Origin: an uncultured Verrucomicrobiae bacterium
GTDB taxonomy: Bacteria; Verrucomicrobiota; Verrucomicrobiia; Chthoniobacterales; JAFAMB01
NCBI GenBank assembly: GCA_963762565.1
Contig: CAVXLD010000011.1
Span: 1 to 64,000, forward strand
DNA: 64,000 bases
Reading direction: 5' to 3'
Shown here: positions 1 to 9,575 of the stretch, one piece after another
Layout of the letters: every line of letters starts with the position of its first letter
How positions within the stretch are numbered: the first letter of the stretch is position 1
Position numbers and translations under genes: made by a program
The notes under the pieces: generated by a model
Database searches by the model: none
The model's input: the letters and a program-made list of their open reading frames with translations, nothing else
What the model was told of the DNA's origin: nothing

Positions 1-88
1 GCGGAAGGGGTGGGATTTGAACCCACGGTACGGTTTCCCGTACGCCTGATTTCGAGTCAGGTGCCTTCAACCGCTCAGCCACCCTTCC
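1..88 (-). tRNA. tRNA-Ser (anticodon CGA)
   Basis: The reverse complement reads GGAAGGGTGGCTGAGCGGTTGAAGGCACCTGACT-CGA-AATCAGGCGTACGGGAAACCGTACCGTGGGTTCAAATCCCACCCCTTCCGC. It has an acceptor stem, a long variable arm and a GTTCAAATC T-loop; the 3' end is at the window edge. Confidence 0.97.
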
Positions 89-92
89 TTTT

Positions 93-381
93 CCGCCTTC
101 GCTACGCTACGGCGCGACAGGCGCGAGGCTGAGGAAGATAGCGAGAAAGTCGTCGTTGTCGACTGGGAATGGGCGAAACGGCGAACGGGTGAGGGAAGTT
201 GCGTGACGGCGTTTCGGCGGATGGGGTATCGGCGTGGTCGAGGGTAATGGTGCGTCTTGGGCCCGGCTCGGCGCGCGTGTCGGCCTAGCGGATATGAGCG
301 CCTCGACACCCAGTGTTCCTTTGCTCAGCTATTATGGTCTTTCGGGAGCCTCGCCCCACCAGAAACTGCCAACCGCCAACC
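93..381. repeat. Composite intergenic repeat region
   Basis: Contains a 30-nt TCCGCCTTCGC..CTACGGCGCGACA motif, a GGCGAAAC/GGCGAACG octamer arm, CCGGCTCGGCGCGCG, and the right half TCGGGAGCCTCGCCCCACCA of the REP-like family. Confidence 0.7.
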
Positions 382-921
382 TCAATACACCTTTTCCCGT
401 TGAGGGTCGGCTTTGCGTTGGCCGAGGAACTCGTAGTTGTCGGAAAGCTTGTACATCAGCATTCGGATGAGTCCGATGACGTTTGGACGCATGGCATCGA
501 ACCATTGAGCGGCTTTGATGAAGAGGATGGTGGCGCTCAGGAAACGGCTAGCGGCGATGATACCGACGCCGGCATTCATCCATCCGACAATCGAATCAGA
601 ATCTACTGACGAAGATGCTGGCAACCAACTTGCATTCGACCAACCAGCAACAGCGACCATTCCGGACCATAACATCGCGCATTGAAGCCGATCCCGGTTG
701 AGCTCCCAATAAAATCTTTCCGGCGGCACCGGTGCTCTCCGGCTGGATAATCCTTGAAGATGAAAGCGCCCTCGCAACCGCCGGTAATCTCGCAATGCGC
801 AAATCGGAATTAGGACGCTGCCGGAGACGATCGCAGGGAATACTTGCAGGCCGCTGAGCCATTCGTACGAAACGAGGATCAGCCAGCCAAGAAAGCCGAA
901 GATACCCAATACTTCGACCAT
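382..921 (-). CDS. Hypothetical membrane protein
   Basis: Likely start is MVEVLGIFG at 921; the longer ORF-track version runs through repeats and into the next gene. About 4 hydrophobic segments. Confidence 0.7.
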   Translation of the reverse strand: MVEVLGIFGFLGWLILVSYEWLSGLQVFPAIVSGSVLIPICALRDYRRLRGRFHLQGLSSRRAPVPPERFYWELNRDRLQCAMLWSGMVAVAGWSNASWLPASSSVDSDSIVGWMNAGVGIIAASRFLSATILFIKAAQWFDAMRPNVIGLIRMLMYKLSDNYEFLGQRKADPQREKVY

Positions 922-978
922 GCCAAAAAGTATACAACGAGCCGGGTTAGAAAGAAAGCTAAACGGTCTAAGAGTTTC

Positions 979-1091
979 AACGTTTGGCGTTTGAGGTTCG
1001 GCGCGGTCGAAACGGTAGCGGTTAGGAACGCTCGCCGAATCGAGAACTAGGACGCCAAACGCCAAACGGCAAACGCCAAACGCCGAACGTT
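979..1091. repeat. Inverted heptamer bracket, GGCGTTY / RAACGCC type
   Basis: Left arm AACGTTTGGCGTTTGAGGTTCGGCG. Right arm is about five ACGCCRA units ending 2 nt from the stop codon at 1094. Confidence 0.8.
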
Positions 1092-1093
1092 CC

Positions 1094-2134
1094 TCACTTC
1101 TTGAGCTTCTTATCCAGATACAGCTGCATGTCGCTGTGCTTGCCTTTGAAAGCGACAATGAAACAGCAGTCTTCAACAGCGGTCACAGCGCCTTCCCAAT
1201 TCTCACCATCCACGATCACCCATTTCCCTTTACGCATCTTCACGCCCAGATCAGCGGGATGAAATAGGAACATAAGAACCTCTCTGTCGTTGCTCTTCGC
1301 GAGGATCTGTCCGATATCGGCTCCACTAAACTTGAAGACGCGGCAACCGAGAGTCGGGGTGTCAGCGAATTCTTTTGGCACGGCGAACCAATGCATGTCG
1401 CTTTTCAGAAAAAACCAATCTTTTAGATTTGCTGTGGTCGTGGTCGTGTCTGTAGGGACCGCCTCGAATTCGTCGCCGTTCAACTTATCGGCCGTGTTCA
1501 GTAGCTCCGTTACCTGATCGACTCCGGTGAAGCCGTTGTGCATCTGGTCCCAAACGATCCAGGCGATCAGCGCGATCGTGGCGATCAAGCCAACGCTAAC
1601 GGCTGCCATGATGGTAACTGGCCGCGCCCGGGGCGGCTCTTCTTCCTTTTCTTCTTCTTCAGCTTTCTCAGCCGCTTCTTCCGCTGCGGGTGGGGCGGTC
1701 GGTTGCCCTGCCTCCGCCTCTTTCTTTGGCTCGATTGGCGGCGATTCTTGAACCTCGGGGATTACCGTTGCTGCTGTCGCGTCGGCAATTGGAGTTTGAG
1801 GCAGAACCGGTGCCGGTGGCGCCGGAGCGGGCGCCTCATGCTTGGCCGACGTAGCTAAAGGGAGCGACGTGGCGAAGTCTGCCGGTTGAGCGGTTACCTG
1901 CGGCGGTGCCGGGGTTTCGACCGGGTTGTCCACTAGCAAATTTTCGAGCTGCTCGATCTGTTGGTCAGTGAGCGCGAGCGTTTGCAGCGCGGTGACGATC
2001 TGATCGTCAAAGGCGTTCTGATGCTCTAATTGGCTCTGAAGACCTGGGCTCTCGCTAATCGCTCTCTTGGCATCGGCGATTTCCCCTTGAGTCTCATAGA
2101 TTGGCCTAACCAAAGGAAGCAACCGTTCGGACAT
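1094..2134 (-). CDS. Single-pass membrane protein, putative anti-sigma factor
   Basis: Pro/Ala/Glu-rich linker, one TM helix (IMAAVSVGLIATIALIAWIVW) and a C-terminal domain; lies directly downstream of the ECF-like gene. Confidence 0.6.
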   Translation of the reverse strand: MSERLLPLVRPIYETQGEIADAKRAISESPGLQSQLEHQNAFDDQIVTALQTLALTDQQIEQLENLLVDNPVETPAPPQVTAQPADFATSLPLATSAKHEAPAPAPPAPVLPQTPIADATAATVIPEVQESPPIEPKKEAEAGQPTAPPAAEEAAEKAEEEEKEEEPPRARPVTIMAAVSVGLIATIALIAWIVWDQMHNGFTGVDQVTELLNTADKLNGDEFEAVPTDTTTTTANLKDWFFLKSDMHWFAVPKEFADTPTLGCRVFKFSGADIGQILAKSNDREVLMFLFHPADLGVKMRKGKWVIVDGENWEGAVTAVEDCCFIVAFKGKHSDMQLYLDKKLKK

Positions 2135-2136
2135 GG

Positions 2137-2532
2137 CTACGACAAGTGGTAATTGAGCTCTTCGCGCGCCTTTGCGACTCGCTCTGCGAGCGTATCCAGC
2201 GTGGTTTCGGTGATATCCGCAATGGTCGCGGGTGGAAGGATCTCCAGATAAAATAGAGTCATCGAAAATCGCTCGGGCTCGGGCAATTGATGAAGTTTAC
2301 GCGCCCAACCATTCAGTTCAGGTTCCGCTTGTCTCGGGTATGCATTCCGATTTCGAAAAGCCGTCCGAAACAGACCATCGAAATCCAGCCGTTCCAATTG
2401 TCTATCGGCATCTTTGAATGCCTGGATAAAGATTTCTTTCACGGCCGATTCTGCGGTTGCGGATGATCCGGATTGAACGGCAAGTAAGCGATAAAGCGCT
2501 TGCACGTAGTCGTAAGCGGTCGGCGCATTCAA
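2137..2532 (-). CDS. ECF sigma-factor-like protein (short, degenerate)
   Basis: Region-2-like YVQALYRLL..AESAVKEIFIQAF and region-4-like LHQLPEPERFSMTLFYLE..IADI..RVAKAREEL. The TTG start at 2532 is uncertain. Confidence 0.6.
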   Translation of the reverse strand: MNAPTAYDYVQALYRLLAVQSGSSATAESAVKEIFIQAFKDADRQLERLDFDGLFRTAFRNRNAYPRQAEPELNGWARKLHQLPEPERFSMTLFYLEILPPATIADITETTLDTLAERVAKAREELNYHLS

Positions 2533-2548
2533 TCCCGGAATGCTATTT

Positions 2549-2927
2549 GAGGAGTTCAAGGAGTTCAAGGAGTTCCGGAGTTCAGGAGAGGAGCCAGGAG
2601 CCAGAATCCAGGAGCCAGGAGGCGACGGGTAAGGTGAGCGCTTGCCAATAACGAGCCGCATCGTTTCAAAAAGTAATCAGTATTTCAGTGATCAGTAAAC
2701 GGAGCCGTGATTTGAACTCTCGATCCCACGGCACACTGATTATTGACGTAGCGATTACTGAATTACTTCGACCCATAGTGCATTTTCTTCCAGGCGTCGC
2801 CTAACCCCTGACCTCCTGGCTCCTGGATTCTGGCTCCTGACTCCTTCTCCTTGAACTCCTGAACTCCCGAACTCTGAACTCTCCGACTACGCAAAGCCTA
2901 CGTCGCGGCAGGCCTTGAACTCCTCCT
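2549..2927. repeat. Three-layer nested inverted tandem-repeat cassette
   Basis: Outer layer GGAGTTCA(A) / (T)TGAACTCC; middle layer AGGAGCC-AGAATCC / GGATTCT-GGCTCCT heptamers; inner layer CAGTAATC-like / ATTACTGA-like units. Confidence 0.85.
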
Positions 2928-2949
2928 CTCAGCATGGCAGTTTGCCGCC

Positions 2950-4683
2950 TTGAACCGTCAAAAGACCATACTGTTTGTTTGTACCGGGAATGTATGCAGG
3001 AGTCCGATGGCAGAAGGCCTTTTTGAAAGGATGACCGCGGAACGTGCGGATCTGCGCGTCCTGTCGGCGGGTGTCAGTACCTATCCGGGCCAGCCGCCTA
3101 GCGCGCACGCGGTTGAAGTCCTGGAGGAGCTTGGTGTCGACATCTCTCAACATCGCAGTAAGCCAATCAGTGAGAAGGTGGTCGAAGAAGCGGATTGGAT
3201 CATAGCAATGACCCGCAGTCATTTGGATTCGATTATCTATCTCTTTCCCAGGGCGGCGGAGAAAGTTTATCTACTACGTGAGTTTGAGCCGGGAGCAACC
3301 TCGCTTGATGTTGCCGACCCAATTGGCATGGGCTTGGAAGCCTATCGAGCCGCGCGTGAGATAATCCGGCATAGTTTGCCCGGGCTAATGCAGTTTATCG
3401 ATCAATATCGCCCCGGAGCTTTTTCCACTATGAGTCGAAACCCGCACAACCGTTCGTTAGAAGAAGTCGATCCCGAGATTTTTCAGGCAATCGAAGCGGA
3501 ACGGATCCGCCAGTTTGAAAATATCGAGTTAATCGCTTCGGAGAACTTTACCAGTCGCGCGGTAATGGAAGCCCAAGGATCTGTCCTGACCAACAAATAC
3601 GCGGAGGGATATCCGGGAAGACGTTGGTATGGCGGTTGCGAGAATGTGGATGTGGTGGAGCGGCTCGCTATTGATCGGGCCAGGCAGTTGTTTGGCGCCG
3701 AGCACGTCAACGTCCAAGCCCATAGCGGAAGCCAGGCGAACATGGCGGTCTATTTCAGCGTGCTAAACCCCGGGGACCGAATTTTAACGATGGACCTATC
3801 CCATGGAGGCCATCTTACTCATGGTAACAAGGCGAATTTCTCCGGACGCTTTTATTCGGTTGTACACTATGGCGTAGACCGTGAAACCGAGCGTATCGAT
3901 TACGACCAGCTGGCCCGACAAGCAGAAGAACATAAGCCGAGGATGATCACGGCCGGCGCTTCTGCCTACTCACGGATTATCGATTTCCAGAAGATGCGGC
4001 AAATCGCGAATTCAGTGGGTGCCTATTTGTTCGTGGATATCGCCCATATAGCAGGTCTGGTAGCAGCCGGCGTGCATCCCACTCCCATTGGAATCGCGGA
4101 CTTTGTCACTACCACCACGCATAAGAGTTTACGTGGTCCGCGAGGGGGGATCATCATGTGTAAACCGGAACATGCCAAGGCCATCGACAGCCTGATGTTT
4201 CCCGGAGTTCAAGGGGGACCGCTTATGCACGTGATTGCAGCGAAGGCGGTTTGTTTTCACGAAGCCTTGCAGCCGGGATTCAAAGAATACCAGGTTCAGA
4301 TTACGAACAACGCTAAGGCGTTGGCTGCCAGCCTGCACATGAAGGGTTATCGTTTGGTGTCCGGAGGAACCGACAATCATTTGATGCTGGTTGACTTGCG
4401 GCCCAAAGGATTGAACGGCAGGCAAGCCCAGGAAACCCTCGATGTCGCCGGGATCACCGTTAACAAAAATTCCATCCCCTTTGACACCGAATCTGTGGTG
4501 AAAGGCGGAGGCATCAGGATTGGAACGCCGGCTGTCACCACGCGCGGAATGAAGGAAGAGGAGATGATGGAAATCGCTGACCTCATGGACGAAGCACTCA
4601 GTTCTAACGGTGACGCATCGGTTCTTGAAAAAGTGCGCCAGAAAGTAAAGGGGCTGACCGCGAAGTATCCGCTGCCGGGTTAG
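2950..4683 (+). CDS. glyA: LMW protein Arg/Tyr phosphatase fused to serine hydroxymethyltransferase
   Basis: N-terminal CTGNVCRS P-loop and DVADPIG; from about aa 161 the SHMT motifs [17 protein letters not shown] and [13 protein letters not shown]. One continuous frame. Confidence 0.95.
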   Translation: MNRQKTILFVCTGNVCRSPMAEGLFERMTAERADLRVLSAGVSTYPGQPPSAHAVEVLEELGVDISQHRSKPISEKVVEEADWIIAMTRSHLDSIIYLFPRAAEKVYLLREFEPGATSLDVADPIGMGLEAYRAAREIIRHSLPGLMQFIDQYRPGAFSTMSRNPHNRSLEEVDPEIFQAIEAERIRQFENIELIASENFTSRAVMEAQGSVLTNKYAEGYPGRRWYGGCENVDVVERLAIDRARQLFGAEHVNVQAHSGSQANMAVYFSVLNPGDRILTMDLSHGGHLTHGNKANFSGRFYSVVHYGVDRETERIDYDQLARQAEEHKPRMITAGASAYSRIIDFQKMRQIANSVGAYLFVDIAHIAGLVAAGVHPTPIGIADFVTTTTHKSLRGPRGGIIMCKPEHAKAIDSLMFPGVQGGPLMHVIAAKAVCFHEALQPGFKEYQVQITNNAKALAASLHMKGYRLVSGGTDNHLMLVDLRPKGLNGRQAQETLDVAGITVNKNSIPFDTESVVKGGGIRIGTPAVTTRGMKEEEMMEIADLMDEALSSNGDASVLEKVRQKVKGLTAKYPLPG

Positions 4684-4684
4684 G

Positions 4685-5124
4685 GTTTGGCGTTCGGCGT
4701 TTGGCGTTCGGCGGTTTGGTGGGGCGAGGCTCCCGAAAGAACTAGGAGATCGAACAACGAGACTAGATTCGCCCTCACTCTATCATTTGAGACGCCGGAT
4801 CGCGCGCCGAGCCGGACGCTAGACGTGCCAACGCCTTACCGCCTCCGAGCTTTCGAGCAAGCCCTGCTTGGCCATCACCCGACGCCCCAGCGAAACCGGT
4901 GTGCATGCCGTGTCGTGGGTCCGGCTCGGCGCGCGGTTCGAGCTTGCAAATGAAAGAGCGGCGATACGTTTAATCTCTTTGATTAGCGATTCAGGTCTTT
5001 CGGGAGCCTCGCCCCACCAAATCAGCCGCCAAACCGCGCAACCGCCAAACGCCGAACCGCCGCAACCACCGCACGCCAACCGCCGAACGCCGAACGCCGA
5101 ACGCCGAACGCCGAACGCCAAACG
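4685..5124. repeat. GGCGTTY / RAACGCC bracket enclosing a REP-like doublet
   Basis: Runs from the glyA stop to the malQ stop. Inside: TGGTGGGGCGAGGCTCCCGAAAGA ... TCTTTCGGGAGCCTCGCCCCACCA, with an inner CGCGCCGAGCCGGAC / GTCCGGCTCGGCGCG pair. Confidence 0.9.
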
Positions 5125-6630
5125 CTACCTCTGATACAGCCTGGCGAGCTGCCGGAGCTGGTCTCCTCTTTGACCCCAGAGCTGATCCAATTGCTCCGAT
5201 GTGAAACGCCACCGCCAATTACCGATCGCTTGACCCGGCGTATTCATGCGGCCTTCGCTACCCAAACCGAGAAAATCTTGTAGTGGTGTGATGAAAATGC
5301 GCGATGTGGAGGCATATCCGGCATGGATCATCTCCCAAGGAACGTTCTTGGCGTCTGTCCTAAGGTATTCGCTGAAGAACCGTTTTACCTGTTCGGGTTG
5401 GGTTCTGAACCAGCCCCAGCTCGTATCATTGTCGTGGGTTCCAGGATAGAGAACGGAGTAAGGAATCGTGCTGTGCGGCAGGTACTCTGTGGCCCCTTCA
5501 AAAGCGAATTGCAGCACTTTCATCCCCGGTAAACCGACGTGCTGCATCAACCGGCGGACCGAATCGGTAATGATACCCAAGTCCTCAGCCACCAGCTTCG
5601 CGTTTGGGAAACGGCGACGTACAACCTCGAACAGCTTAAGGCCAGGCCCGGGCTCCCAAGTGTATTGGCGAGCATTCTTCGCATCAGGCGGAATCCGGCA
5701 ATACTCGTCGAACCCACGGAAATGGTCGATCCGGATCACATCGTAAAGTTCGAACGCTTTCTGCAGCCGTGCACACCACCAGGCATAATCGTCGACCGCG
5801 TGGCGGTCCCACGCGTAAAGTGGATTACCCCAAAGTTGGCCGTCAGCCGAAAAATAATCAGGTGGCACGCCGGCGACTCCGGTCGGACGGAGATCAGTGT
5901 CCATTTGAAATAAGGAGGGATGTCTCCAGACATCCGCGCTATCCATCGCAACGAAAATCGGAATATCTCCAAAGATAGAGATACCGCGCTGATTAGCGTA
6001 CGCCTTTAGAGCCGACCACTGCTGGAAGAATTTGAATTGATAGAAAGCGCAGGCTACACCCGCGCCAGTCTGCAGATCTGTCCGCTTTGTAGCCGTCCGG
6101 TACTTTCGGTAGGACCTTGGCCATTCCAGCCATGAGCGATGACCAAATTGCCCCTTAATCGCCATGAAAAGCGCGTATGAGTCTAGCCAATCGGAATTGA
6201 TTTCCCGAAACTTGTGAAAGGCGTCTTGTGATGACCGGTTCGCTGTTTCCGAAAACGTGGCGAAGGCTTTCTCCAGAATAATCCAACGCAGATCCCATTG
6301 GGCGCCGTAGTCGACGTAATCGGTGGGTAAGGTCCTTAAAGGCTCGAGATCGGCTTCCTGGAGCAGGCCCTCATTCTTAAGATCTTCGAGGTCAATCAGG
6401 TAGGGATTACCCGCGCAAGCCGAGAAACACTGATAAGGTGAGTCTCCGTACCCCGTTGGGCCTAGTGGGCAGACTTGCCAATATTTCATGCCGGTATCGG
6501 CAAGAAAATCAACAAAGCGGCGAGCCCAACGTCCAAGTGTGCCAATCCCGGTATCTCCTGGCAAAGAAGTAGGATGGAGAAGAACCCCGGCGCCGCGGGA
6601 GGTTAGCCAGTTGTAGAGGGGATCGGGCAC
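5125..6630 (-). CDS. malQ: 4-alpha-glucanotransferase (amylomaltase, GH77)
   Basis: Motifs GVLLHPTSLPG, GVPPDYFSADGQLWGNP, RIDHFRGF, AEDLG and GTHDNDT. Confidence 0.96.
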   Translation of the reverse strand: MPDPLYNWLTSRGAGVLLHPTSLPGDTGIGTLGRWARRFVDFLADTGMKYWQVCPLGPTGYGDSPYQCFSACAGNPYLIDLEDLKNEGLLQEADLEPLRTLPTDYVDYGAQWDLRWIILEKAFATFSETANRSSQDAFHKFREINSDWLDSYALFMAIKGQFGHRSWLEWPRSYRKYRTATKRTDLQTGAGVACAFYQFKFFQQWSALKAYANQRGISIFGDIPIFVAMDSADVWRHPSLFQMDTDLRPTGVAGVPPDYFSADGQLWGNPLYAWDRHAVDDYAWWCARLQKAFELYDVIRIDHFRGFDEYCRIPPDAKNARQYTWEPGPGLKLFEVVRRRFPNAKLVAEDLGIITDSVRRLMQHVGLPGMKVLQFAFEGATEYLPHSTIPYSVLYPGTHDNDTSWGWFRTQPEQVKRFFSEYLRTDAKNVPWEMIHAGYASTSRIFITPLQDFLGLGSEGRMNTPGQAIGNWRWRFTSEQLDQLWGQRGDQLRQLARLYQR

Positions 6631-6636
6631 GGGGAC

Positions 6637-7019
6637 GTGAGAGGTGATTAGTGATTAGTGATTAGTGATTGGTCAGGGGCGAGCCCTGGGCAAGCAGAAA
6701 GCTGTGTGGACTGATGGTTGGCGGGACTAGCTGTGCCGGAAAATGTACCGAGCCGTGACCCTGGCGGGCACGGCTCGGCAAGATTCTAAAATTTCCGGTA
6801 AAACTTGCGTGACCTGTGGCGCCTCTTCAGCATCTCCAACCCGCTACGCGGGTGCTTTTCGGACTTGGCGCAGTACTCCAACACTCCCACACTCCATCAC
6901 TCCGCTTGGCCGGATTCGAGGACGAGGACGACGACGAGGACGAGAACGAAGCGCCTTGTGAGCTGTTCGGCTTCGCCGAACCACCAATCACCTCTCACTA
7001 ATCACCAATCACTTCTCAC
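6637..7019. repeat. GTGATTR / YAATCAC bracket with internal repeat cargo
   Basis: Five heptamers on each side. The interior carries a 72-nt block (6830-6901) identical to 47236-47307. Confidence 0.9.
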
Positions 7020-7258
7020 TGCTGCCCAGTCTCTGGGAACGTCATCGTATCCAGCAGGAATTCCTCATACTTCTCCCGATGTTTATCCATCCATTCCTTT
7101 CGAGCTTCTTCCCAGGAGAGTTTTCGGCCCTTTTCTCCTTCGATCCATTTGTACTTCCGGATCTCCTCTTTGATCAGGTAAGTGATCCGATAAAATGGAT
7201 CGGATAACATCATCGGCGGGACCTGTACGTACTGTTCAGTATCGAGGATTTGGCGCAT
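7016..7258 (-). CDS. Small conserved protein (DUF4032-like)
   Basis: 80 aa containing EEIRKYKWIEGEKGRKLSWEEARKEW; 11 nt downstream of malK on the same strand. Confidence 0.7.
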   Translation of the reverse strand: MRQILDTEQYVQVPPMMLSDPFYRITYLIKEEIRKYKWIEGEKGRKLSWEEARKEWMDKHREKYEEFLLDTMTFPETGQQ

Positions 7259-7269
7259 AACGAGGTCGG

Positions 7270-8397
7270 TCAGCGAATCACACTCTCGGTCTCTACGTCG
7301 AACAGCGCAATTTTATCCAGATTCACGTAAACGGTGATGGGCTGGCCCATGTGATACAAGGCTTCCCCGTGGATGCGAGCGATCAGGTTGCCAGTGCCGG
7401 CCTTCATATAGACCAGTGACTCAGAGCCCATGGGTTCCGCGATATCGATCGTAGAAGAAACCGGGGCGGTAGAGCCATTCTTAGATTCTTCAGTCAGATG
7501 TTCCGGACGAATGCCAAGGACGATCGGCTTACCCACGACCTTTGACGCTACGGCTTCTACCGGTCCTTTTAACGGGATAGTCACTGCACCTTCATCCGCT
7601 GTTTCTTTGAAAGTCAGGCCGCCATCTCCTTTTTCGATTTTGCCTTTGAGCAAGTTCATCGGGGGGCTGCCAATAAACCCGGCCACAAATAAGTTCTCGG
7701 GCTGCCGATAAAGGGTTAACGGATCGGCGACCTGCATGATTAAGCCATCCTTCATGACACAGATCCGGTCGCCCATGGTCATGGCTTCGACCTGGTCGTG
7801 GGTGACGTAGATCATGGTGTTGCCCAACTGCCCATGTAGTCGCGAAATCTCTGATCGCATCTGCACGCGCATCTTCGCGTCGAGGTTTGATAACGGTTCG
7901 TCGAAGAGGAACACCTGCGGATTCCGCACGATCGCCCGGCCTAGAGCCACCCGCTGACGTTGACCGCCGGAGAGTGCCTGCGGTTTGCGTTCCAGCATAT
8001 GGTCTAGTCCCAACGCCTTCGACGTTCTCGAGACCGTCTGCTGGATGAAATCTTTTTTCTTCTTAGCCAGCTGTAGCCCGAACGCCATGTTATTGAAAAT
8101 CGACATGTGTGGATACAGCGCGTAGTTCTGGAACACCATCGCGATTCCGCGATCTTTTGGTTCCATATCGTTCACCACCCGGTCTCCGATGGCGATCGTT
8201 CCGCTGGTGATTTTCTCCAACCCGGCGACCATCCGCAGCGTTGTCGTTTTGCCGCAGCCGGAAGGCCCGACCAGGACCATGAATTCGCCGTTGTTGATTT
8301 CGAGGTTGATTTTCTTTACGGCAGTAAATGTCGGCCGACCACGATCGTCGGTATAGGTTTTTATCAGGTCTGTGATGTGTACGGCTCCATCGTTCAT
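7270..8397 (-). CDS. malK: Sugar ABC transporter ATP-binding protein (MalK/UgpC family)
   Basis: Motifs [23 protein letters not shown] and [10 protein letters not shown]; likely start MNDGAV. Confidence 0.9.
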   Translation of the reverse strand: MNDGAVHITDLIKTYTDDRGRPTFTAVKKINLEINNGEFMVLVGPSGCGKTTTLRMVAGLEKITSGTIAIGDRVVNDMEPKDRGIAMVFQNYALYPHMSIFNNMAFGLQLAKKKKDFIQQTVSRTSKALGLDHMLERKPQALSGGQRQRVALGRAIVRNPQVFLFDEPLSNLDAKMRVQMRSEISRLHGQLGNTMIYVTHDQVEAMTMGDRICVMKDGLIMQVADPLTLYRQPENLFVAGFIGSPPMNLLKGKIEKGDGGLTFKETADEGAVTIPLKGPVEAVASKVVGKPIVLGIRPEHLTEESKNGSTAPVSSTIDIAEPMGSESLVYMKAGTGNLIARIHGEALYHMGQPITVYVNLDKIALFDVETESVIR

Positions 8398-8416
8398 GGC
8401 TGTTCGGGGGTTTGGG

Positions 8417-9325
8417 TTATTCTTTGGCGCCACCGGAGGTTAACCCGCCGATGATGAAACGCTGACATAATAAGAACATTATTGTGATCGGTACGCCACT
8501 CAAGACTGCAAGTGCAGAAAAATGACCCCAAAGTTTATCGTGCTCGTCCAACAGCGAATAGGCGCCCACCGCCAAGGTCCGGTTAGCGCTTTCTTGAAGC
8601 ACGACTGATGCAGTAGGGTATTCTGAGATCATACTGATAAACGAAAGAATGAATACTACCGCGAAAATCGGGGCGCTCATGGGCAGCAAGATCCTGATGA
8701 AAGCCTGAAATCGCGAAGCACCGTCGATCCGAGCGGAATCCTCCATGGAAGGAGAAATGGTGTCGAAATATCCTTTGATCATCCAGATATTGATCGAGAT
8801 ACCGCTCAGGTAAATAAGAATGAGTCCTGCGAATGTGTTCAGCCCCAGCCATGGGATATGCTCCCCGACGTAAGTCAGGATCCGGTAATACGCCGTCAGG
8901 GTCAATATCTGGGGGAACATTTGTAGAATAAGTAGCCCGGTCAGAATGTGGCTCCGGAATCGGAACTTCATCCTGGCAAAGGCATAGGCTGCGGTCCCGG
9001 AAAGCAGAATGATGCCAAACGAAGCGATAGACGAGACGACGAGGGAGTTCAGGAACCAGTGCAACGGTGCAACAGCCGGGGTAATAAGCGTCGTCTCGCC
9101 GGTGTTGGCATTCAACATCTCCCGGTACGGGATCCCCAGAACATATTTCCAGTGATTCAGAGTCCATTGGTCCGGATTCAGCCAAAGCGTGCTAGGCGGA
9201 AAGTTCCCCTTCCGGAACGATGCCAATACCACCATCGCGAACGGAATCAGAATCAACGCACAGGAAACGATCAGTACTGCATGCGCGATGATCTTTTTAA
9301 TCAATAGCCGTTGCCTGGGGAGCAT
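8417..9325 (-). CDS. malG: Maltose/maltodextrin ABC permease
   Basis: Motifs [27 protein letters not shown] and the EAA loop EDSARIDGA. Confidence 0.88.
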   Translation of the reverse strand: MLPRQRLLIKKIIAHAVLIVSCALILIPFAMVVLASFRKGNFPPSTLWLNPDQWTLNHWKYVLGIPYREMLNANTGETTLITPAVAPLHWFLNSLVVSSIASFGIILLSGTAAYAFARMKFRFRSHILTGLLILQMFPQILTLTAYYRILTYVGEHIPWLGLNTFAGLILIYLSGISINIWMIKGYFDTISPSMEDSARIDGASRFQAFIRILLPMSAPIFAVVFILSFISMISEYPTASVVLQESANRTLAVGAYSLLDEHDKLWGHFSALAVLSGVPITIMFLLCQRFIIGGLTSGGAKE

Positions 9326-9333
9326 TGCTGCGC

Positions 9334-9575
9334 GTGAGAGGTGAGAAGTGAAAAGTGATTGGTGATTGGTGGTTGATGACGTGCGTCTGGAGGGGAGCCG
9401 CTTTATAGGTTAGCAGATCTGTCGGTTGCTTGCAGGCGGCTCCCGGGAACGTTCCAACGCGACGCGCCGAGGGTATTTTTTCCCATGCGGATCTGACGCG
9501 CCGGTTTTGAGCCGTTTCGCTGTCGTCTTGCGAACGCCAAACGCCGAACGCCAAACGCCAAACGCCAAACGCAAA
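9334..9575. repeat. Chimeric bracket: GTGAGA/GTGATTG left arm, RAACGCC right arm
   Basis: The two arms belong to different heptamer families. The interior 9386-9449 matches the left arm of the long inverted repeat at 50771. Confidence 0.85.

Noticed and set aside
1..400. Genomic island integrated at tRNA-Ser
   Set aside because: The tRNA 3' end faces out of the window, and no integrase or duplicated tRNA end is present here.
2660..2949. Riboswitch upstream of glyA
   Set aside because: I recognise no glycine, THF or ZMP aptamer motifs; the structure is explained by the nested repeat cassette.
4687..5218. Short ORFs such as MAFGVRRSAFGVRR (similar ones at 6743-7173, 9297-9623, 47113-47636)
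   Set aside because: They are translations of repeat DNA on both strands with periodic low-complexity sequence.
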